A stretch of DNA of 64,000 bases from Bacteroidota bacterium (GTDB lineage: Bacteria > Bacteroidota > Rhodothermia > Rhodothermales > UBA10348). Positions 58,025 to 64,000 of this stretch are shown piece by piece. The stretch lies in NCBI GenBank assembly GCA_029262775.1, contig JAJCYR010000058.1:2653-66652 (forward strand), in the 5' to 3' direction. Positions within the stretch are counted from its first letter, which is position 1. Every line of letters starts with the position of its first letter. The position numbers and the translations under genes were made by a program. A model generated the notes under the pieces. That model made no database searches and was not told the origin of the DNA. It saw only the letters and a list, made by a program, of their open reading frames with translations.

Positions 58025-61000
58025 GATTTTACGTCCGCGTCATCCGTACTGAAGATAACGGATTTCGGCAGGTCAATGCAGAAGCGGAACGAGGATCCCT
58101 TTCCCACTTCGCTTTCGACCTCAATCTTTCCACCCATAAGTTCAACCAGCTGCCGGGATATACTCAATCCGAGACCCGTTCCGCCATACTTCCGCGTGGT
58201 CGACTCGTCGGCTTGCGTAAACGGCTCGAAGAGCGTCGAAAGCCTGTCCGTTGGAATGCCAATCCCCGTATCAGAAACGGAGAAGCATAAAGGCGCGCTT
58301 GCCACGCGGAGCTCTACGTGACCGGAGTGAGTGAATTTGACGGCGTTCCCAACCAGGTTCAGGAGTATCTGCCGGAGACGGTTCTCGTCGCCAACTACGT
58401 ACGCAGGAATATCGTCATGTACGAATTTCACCAATTCCAGCCCTTTGTCCCGGGCAGCCGGGGTCAGCATGTCAAGCGTCTCCTCAACCACGCCTCGGAC
58501 GGAAAATGGACGTTTCTCCAGCTCCACCTTTCCTGCTTCTATTTTGGACACGTCAAGGATGTTGTTGATAATGGTCATCATGGCATCGCCCGATGTCCTG
58601 ATAAGGTTGGCGTATTCACGCTCTTCTTCATGCAGGTCCGATTCCAGGAGCAGATCCGTAAATCCGATGATGCCATTCATGGGTGTGCGGATCTCATGAC
58701 TCATATTTGCCAGGAATTGGCTCTTGACGCGGGACGCCTTGAGTGCCTCCTCCCGGGCCGTGGTCAGCGCGCGCGTCCGTTCCCCCACCTTTTTTTCGAG
58801 GATGGCATTCCGTTTCTGGTGTGAGCGTGTGCGCACTCTCACGATTACGAGTACAAGCGTACCAAGAGCCAGAATGGCGAGAAGGTATGCCCATCCTGTC
58901 TGCCAGAACGGGGTGATTATGACGAAGTGAAAAGAGGCCGTTTGCGGCCCGAGATTACCATCCGCATCCAGCACACCAACTTCGAACGTGTACTCACCGG
59001 GCTGCAGGAAAGAGTAGGTGGCATCCCGTTCATACGTGGCAGGTGACCATTCCTCGTCAAAACCGGCAAGTTTGTAGCGGTACCGAACGGCATCCGGTGA
59101 GGAATAATTCAATCCGACAAATTCGAATCGGAGGTGGTTGCGGTTATGAGGCAGTGACAACTCCGTAGGAAGCGCCGTCCACGGCTGAAGGCTGTCCGCA
59201 TACAGGCTCCAATCCACAGTTTCCAGGAACATGCGAATACTCGTCAGATGAACGCGGTTCGTTGCCTCCTCCATCCTGTCGAGCTCCGGGTGATAGCGGG
59301 AAATGCCCGTGACGGTACCGAACCACATCCGGTCGTCCTCGTCGCGAAAGGCCGCATGGCTGTTACACTCAACTGCGGACGCGCCCGCCCGGGCCTCGTA
59401 CCGGCGAATCTGCTTTTCGCCATCTTCGTGGTAGCGCCGCACATCAATTCGGTCTATGCCATTGTTGGTACATGTCCACAGATAGCCGCCTGCATCAAAA
59501 ATCACGGACAGTACGGCATTGTTGCTGAGTCCGTCGTCCAGGGTGAACATATCGACGGGTTTCAAACGCCCACGTTCATCTTCGGCAAGGTACGCCACAC
59601 CCCCACCGTACGTGGCGGCCCAAATCCCACCACGGGGATCATTGACCATATCAATTACCGGGTTGTTGGCCAGGCTGCCGCTGCTCACCAACGTCCTTGT
59701 GCCATCTCCGCCAATACGAACAATGCCTTCCTTGGTCGCAAAAAGCAAATACCCCCGCCTGTCCTGGAGAATACCTCCCACATGAGCCTCCGTGATGCCG
59801 TTGCCAAGCGATACTTGTGACCAGGACTCGCCATCAAAACGCCACGCGCCCGACACATTCGTGGCCACGTAGACGTTTCCCTCGGCGTCCTCGGCCAAGT
59901 CCCGCACTTCCCGAACCTCAGCGGGTGCCCCAACACTGTGAAATTCAGTTCCATCGAATTGGAATACGCCCTCGTCCGACCCCGTCCACAGTTCTCCACC
60001 ACTTCGCCGCAGCAGCGCACGTAATTCCGTCGTCGGATGGCCATCCTGCGCAGGCCACGACTGAAATTGTTGTCCGTCAAAGCGGTTCAGCCCGCTCCGC
60101 GTCGCAATCCATATGCCGTCGGAACCTGCGGACTCAAAATTCCAGACAATATTGTTAAGTAGTCCGAACTGCTCGTCAATTTGCCTGAATGGGGACTCCG
60201 GGAATCCATACATCCCTTCTCCGTCCGTCCCAATCCACATCCCGTGATCTTCGAGTTCAAGAATGCTCGAAATGGGAATCCCATCCAGAATGTCTTCTGC
60301 GAACGCGGCAAAATGGTCTCCACGTGACATGGCTACGCCGCGTTGTGTGCCCACCCACATTCGGCCCTGCCCGTCTTCGAAAAGTGTCGTTATATCTGTA
60401 CTGGGAAGGCCTTCCTTCTCTGTAAAACGTGTCACGTACCCATCTGAGAATCGTACCAGGCCGTCGACGCCTCCAACCCATACGCCCCCGGAAGCGTCCA
60501 CAAGCAGGCTGGAGACACGTGTGTCGCTCAGTTCAGGTATGCGAACTACGCGCACACCATCTACCTTGAACACACCATGGTTCAGGGTCCCAACCCACAT
60601 GTCGCCAACGATATCTTTCCCGATGGCTTCTATCCGATAAGCGTCCAATTCGCGAGGACCCTCAACGAGTCGTCCATCGTGCTTGACCACCACAAGGCCC
60701 CGCGTCGTTCCGGCCCATACTCTCCCCTGCCCATCTTCGTGCAGCGCCAGGACCCTACGACCCTGCAATCCTTCTACACGGCGTACTTCGATCCCGTTGT
60801 AATAGGATAAGCCACCATCACCACCGAACCAGAGCGTGCCATCGCTGTGTTGCAACATATCCTGGATCTGCCTTCCGGACATGCCGTCGAGAGGCGAAAA
60901 AGCTACTCCATCGTATGTAGACAGGTCGCCACCGTTCGTTGCCACCCACAACATTCCCCGACGATCCTGCAACAGGTCCAACACCTGGGACTGCGGCAAC

Positions 61001-61110
61001 CCGTCGATCAGCGCCACATGTGAAGCACTGAGACGCTGGGCCTCCAACGAGCCGGGCATGCACCCCCACAGCACGGCAAGGGTGGCTATATACACCAACC
61101 TGTATTGCAC
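58021..61110 (-). CDS. sensor histidine kinase with a periplasmic two-component-regulator propeller + Y_Y_Y domain
   Basis: It has a signal peptide and many 'W.GT..GL' propeller repeats, then a TM helix ('[18 protein letters not shown]'). The H-box is '[16 protein letters not shown]', the N-box '[11 protein letters not shown]', and G-boxes include 'DTGIGI' and 'GGTGLGLSI'. Confidence 0.9.
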   Translation of the reverse strand: MQYRLVYIATLAVLWGCMPGSLEAQRLSASHVALIDGLPQSQVLDLLQDRRGMLWVATNGGDLSTYDGVAFSPLDGMSGRQIQDMLQHSDGTLWFGGDGGLSYYNGIEVRRVEGLQGRRVLALHEDGQGRVWAGTTRGLVVVKHDGRLVEGPRELDAYRIEAIGKDIVGDMWVGTLNHGVFKVDGVRVVRIPELSDTRVSSLLVDASGGVWVGGVDGLVRFSDGYVTRFTEKEGLPSTDITTLFEDGQGRMWVGTQRGVAMSRGDHFAAFAEDILDGIPISSILELEDHGMWIGTDGEGMYGFPESPFRQIDEQFGLLNNIVWNFESAGSDGIWIATRSGLNRFDGQQFQSWPAQDGHPTTELRALLRRSGGELWTGSDEGVFQFDGTEFHSVGAPAEVREVRDLAEDAEGNVYVATNVSGAWRFDGESWSQVSLGNGITEAHVGGILQDRRGYLLFATKEGIVRIGGDGTRTLVSSGSLANNPVIDMVNDPRGGIWAATYGGGVAYLAEDERGRLKPVDMFTLDDGLSNNAVLSVIFDAGGYLWTCTNNGIDRIDVRRYHEDGEKQIRRYEARAGASAVECNSHAAFRDEDDRMWFGTVTGISRYHPELDRMEEATNRVHLTSIRMFLETVDWSLYADSLQPWTALPTELSLPHNRNHLRFEFVGLNYSSPDAVRYRYKLAGFDEEWSPATYERDATYSFLQPGEYTFEVGVLDADGNLGPQTASFHFVIITPFWQTGWAYLLAILALGTLVLVIVRVRTRSHQKRNAILEKKVGERTRALTTAREEALKASRVKSQFLANMSHEIRTPMNGIIGFTDLLLESDLHEEEREYANLIRTSGDAMMTIINNILDVSKIEAGKVELEKRPFSVRGVVEETLDMLTPAARDKGLELVKFVHDDIPAYVVGDENRLRQILLNLVGNAVKFTHSGHVELRVASAPLCFSVSDTGIGIPTDRLSTLFEPFTQADESTTRKYGGTGLGLSISRQLVELMGGKIEVESEVGKGSSFRFCIDLPKSVIFSTDDADVKS

Positions 61111-61151
61111 AATATTGCCTGTTTTCTGACTACGATGCGAATGTACCCCTG

Positions 61152-61283
61152 TTATCGGCAGGTTCGCACGTAATCTGAACAGGCGATCCGGAGCAGGTCT
61201 ACACCCATCACAATAGGCGCAAGCAGGTTGTTCAAATCGTGGGTAATGCCGCTTCCATGTATACGTATCGTGTCATCCGAGCG
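61152..61283 (-). pseudogene. relic of a histidine-kinase H-box region
   Basis: 43 codons directly follow, in frame, the TAA of the upstream hybrid kinase: '[43 protein letters not shown]'. '[17 protein letters not shown]' is identical to that kinase's own H-box. Confidence 0.6.
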
Positions 61284-63569
61284 TTACCGGTCAAGGGCAC
61301 GGCGAATGGTTGTCAGCAGTTGCCCGGCCGTAAAAGGTTTTTCCAGAAAGTCCTTCACGCCAAGATCTGCAACCTTGGCCACGTTGCCTCCCCCCTGGAG
61401 GCCGCTTGTGGCAATAATCCTGGCTGCCGGATCAATACGGTGAATGGCCTTCACGAGCGCAGGTCCATCCATGACGGGCATCATCATGTCGGTGACAGTC
61501 ACGTCCACATCCGAACGGTTCATGGCGAACACCCCGACGGCCTGTGCGCCGTCTACAGCCGTGAGCACCCGGTAGCCGTACGTCTCCAGCGTATGCTTCG
61601 TGATGGAAAGGATAGCGAATTCATCGTCTACGATGAGGATGGTTTCGCCATTCCCGCGCGGCATCCCTACCTCCTCTTCCGCGGAGGCTTCAGGAACGTC
61701 AGCTGCCTGCTGCGCCGGGAAATAGACCTTGAACGACGTCCCTTTTCCCAGTTCGCTGTAGACGTTGATGAACCCGCCATGACTTCGAACAATACCGATA
61801 ACTGTACTCAAACCCAGTCCCGTTCCCTGCCCCACTGCCTTGGTGGAATAAAACGGCTCAAAAATGCGCTCCTTGACGTGGGGTGGCATCCCGCACCCTT
61901 CATCAACTAATTCCAGCATCACATAATCGCCAGGCTCTACCTCCTTCCTCATGGAGGCATATTGATCGTCAATGGTGACGTTTCGTGTCACGAGGCGGAC
62001 CGTTCCTCCATCCAGCATGGCGTCACGCGCATTCACCGTCAGGTTGAGAATGACCTGGTTGAGCTGCGTGGGATCTCCGATCAGCGGCCACAGATCCTTG
62101 GATGATTCGGTCAGAACCTGCACATTTTTCGGGAAGCTGGTTTCCGCGATCGTCATCACTTCATGTACCACCTGATCGAGAAAAAGCGTCACGCGCGCGC
62201 CTTCCACCCCGCGCGCAAATGAGAGCACCTGCCGGACCAGGCTCGTACCCCGGGCAGCGCTTTGTCCCATGTTGTGAATTACGGACCGCACGGACTCGTC
62301 AATTTCCCGTTGTGCCAACAAATCTACGCCCATCACGATCGGGGCCAGCAGGTTGTTCAGGTCGTGGGCAATGCCTCCGGCCAGCGTACCTATACTTTCC
62401 ATGCGTTGTGAACGCAGTAACTGCTTCTCGAGCCGCTTGCGCTCCGTAATGTCCTGTTTGATGGCAATGAAATTGGCCACTTCCCCCAGAGCATCGCGCA
62501 CCGGGGTCACGGTCAACTCCTCGGTCAAAAGCGTTCCGTCCCGTCGCTTGTTGACTACCTCACCTGTCCAGACATTGCCCGACAGGATGGTCTCCCACAT
62601 GTTCCTGTAAAACTCCTGATCATGCATACCAGACTTGATGACATCTCCCGGCTTTTTGCCCATCAGTTCGCTCTCGTCATACCCATAACTCATGGCGAAC
62701 GCAGGGTTCACCCAGAGGATGTGACCCTCCCGATCGGTGATGACAATACTGTTTGCCGCCGACTCCAACGCAGCCTGTTGGAGTCGCATCTGCTGCTCGT
62801 TCTCGTGTCGCAGGGTGATGTCCATGACGACACCTGTGAATCGGACTGCCTCGCCCGTCTCTTCACGAACGTCGACCTTACCCAACTCATGGACCCACCG
62901 GATAGAGCCGTCCGGCCGTACGATCCTGTGCACATGATCCAGTGGCTCTTCGCCGGACATTGCGCGACGCTGCGCGTCGCGCATACCGTCCCGGTCCTGC
63001 TCGTGCACACAGCCATAAAACCCATCAATTGAGGGGGTAAAGGACCCTTTGTCGCGGCCAAAAATCCGAAATATTTCATCCGACCACGTAAGTTCATCGC
63101 GGACGATGTCGAACTCCCAACTGCCCACTTGGGCAATCCGCTGCGCTCGCGCCATTTGGGCCTCGCTATACCGCAGCCGGTGCATCAATTCTTGATTCCG
63201 CATAATAAGCCCGACACGCACCAACAGTTCAGCATCTGAAATCGGCCGCGCAATGAAGTCGTCTGCACCCTGTTTCAACCCTGCCGCCTGTTCCTCGGAC
63301 CGGGTTCGGGCCGCACTCATCATGATGATCGTAGGCGGCACCAGGGTTCGTTGACTCCGGATCGCGCGCAGTACGTCGAATCCATCCATGTCCGGGAGCG
63401 CAACGCCGAGCAGCACGACCGAGGGATGGGTTGCATACACAATATCCAGCGCTTCGGAGCCGCTGGCGGCGCCCTTGACGCGATACCCCTCCGTGCCAAA
63501 CAGACGCAGCGCGGCCTGGACAAACGCAGGGTTGTCATCTACAACAAGAATCAAGGGGTCATGGGCCAT
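61284..63569 (-). CDS. hybrid sensor kinase: (pseudo)REC - PAS - PAS - HisKA - HATPase - REC
   Basis: The N-terminal receiver fold has 'VVDDNP', but 'VVLLGVALPDMDG' has Gly at the phospho-Asp position. Two PAS modules follow. The H-box is '[13 protein letters not shown]', the N-box 'LNLTVNARDA', and the G-box 'GTGLGLSTV'. The C-terminal REC has 'VTDMMMPVMDG', 'ATSG' and 'EKPF'. Confidence 0.9.
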   Translation of the reverse strand: MAHDPLILVVDDNPAFVQAALRLFGTEGYRVKGAASGSEALDIVYATHPSVVLLGVALPDMDGFDVLRAIRSQRTLVPPTIIMMSAARTRSEEQAAGLKQGADDFIARPISDAELLVRVGLIMRNQELMHRLRYSEAQMARAQRIAQVGSWEFDIVRDELTWSDEIFRIFGRDKGSFTPSIDGFYGCVHEQDRDGMRDAQRRAMSGEEPLDHVHRIVRPDGSIRWVHELGKVDVREETGEAVRFTGVVMDITLRHENEQQMRLQQAALESAANSIVITDREGHILWVNPAFAMSYGYDESELMGKKPGDVIKSGMHDQEFYRNMWETILSGNVWTGEVVNKRRDGTLLTEELTVTPVRDALGEVANFIAIKQDITERKRLEKQLLRSQRMESIGTLAGGIAHDLNNLLAPIVMGVDLLAQREIDESVRSVIHNMGQSAARGTSLVRQVLSFARGVEGARVTLFLDQVVHEVMTIAETSFPKNVQVLTESSKDLWPLIGDPTQLNQVILNLTVNARDAMLDGGTVRLVTRNVTIDDQYASMRKEVEPGDYVMLELVDEGCGMPPHVKERIFEPFYSTKAVGQGTGLGLSTVIGIVRSHGGFINVYSELGKGTSFKVYFPAQQAADVPEASAEEEVGMPRGNGETILIVDDEFAILSITKHTLETYGYRVLTAVDGAQAVGVFAMNRSDVDVTVTDMMMPVMDGPALVKAIHRIDPAARIIATSGLQGGGNVAKVADLGVKDFLEKPFTAGQLLTTIRRALDR

Positions 63570-63708
63570 TTCAGAGGTATCGTCAGAGGCCCGGGCTGTC
63601 ACTGGACGACAGGTCGATGTCCAGTCCAACCGTAAGGCCACTTTTCAGGGTAAACGATTTTTCTCGTCATACAGCGACATCGGTTGTGCACTTTTCTTTG
63701 CCAGGTCA

Positions 63709-64000
63709 TCACGTCGCTTCGAACGTGACGCAAGCCGTCGCTCCCTCTCCCTGCGTACTCTCTACCGATAATGCCGCCCCGCACCGCTCAGCAATTTTCT
63801 GAACCAGGAAAAGCCCGAGTCCCAGCCCCTGCTGTTCATATTTTTTGCGGTCGAACTGGCGGAAGGCGCCGATGGCGCTGAGTTGTTCCTGACTCATGCC
63901 GCGCCCCTGGTCCTCTACCGTGAGTACGCCATTGGTAGTGCACACGACGCGTATGGGCGTCCCTTTGGCCGAATAGGCGCACGCATTGTCCACCAGTTCC
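63709..64000 (-). CDS. histidine kinase, C-terminal HATPase_c part (5' end outside window)
   Basis: 'DNACAYS', 'VEDQGRGM' and 'GLGLGLFLVQKIAERCG' are present. Confidence 0.8.
   Translation of the reverse strand, partial: ELVDNACAYSAKGTPIRVVCTTNGVLTVEDQGRGMSQEQLSAIGAFRQFDRKKYEQQGLGLGLFLVQKIAERCGAALSVESTQGEGATACVTFEAT

Overview
This is a dense, high-G+C bacterial chromosomal segment with about 55 protein genes. Spacers are very short and many start/stop codons overlap as ATGA or TGATG. I found no rRNA, tRNA, CRISPR array, transposase, integrase or phage gene.

Gene content points to a Rhodothermus-like (Rhodothermales, Bacteroidota-related) organism. The evidence is a nuoJKLM-nhaD-pcd-nuoN cluster, an exbB-exbD-exbD operon, a DUF4293-like gene, a propeller/Y_Y_Y sensor kinase, and a Thermus-type long isocitrate dehydrogenase.

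- **1-38 kb, housekeeping:** rho, rnhB, the TonB/ExbBD system, an S41 C-terminal protease, polX, pckA, gluQ, acs, a pabB-pabC fusion, icd, the distal half of complex I, and sodA.
- **38.6-64 kb, more accessory:** a PadR regulator coupled to an orphan MacB/FtsX-type double permease; a low-GC patch with two decayed beta-propeller lipoprotein genes flanking a MATE pump; a seven-gene TetR-TolC-HlyD-ABC efflux operon; fused isobutyryl-CoA mutase IcmF; a MarR-hydrolase pair; and a cluster of sensor kinases and receivers with no DNA-binding output.

I see no clear-cut novel defence or mobile system. The best candidates for unexplored biology are:
1. A MurF-like ligase whose N-terminal substrate domain is replaced by a polytopic membrane domain, inside a translationally coupled hydrolase-ligase-RNase HII-GT2 operon.
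2. The PadR/orphan-permease module with a nested-palindrome operator.
3. An acylase-like protein without the canonical nucleophile motif.
4. The multi-kinase cluster, which has a pseudo-receiver and an H-box gene relic.

All calls come from reading the translations and DNA by eye. No searches or computations were run, and G+C statements are eye estimates.
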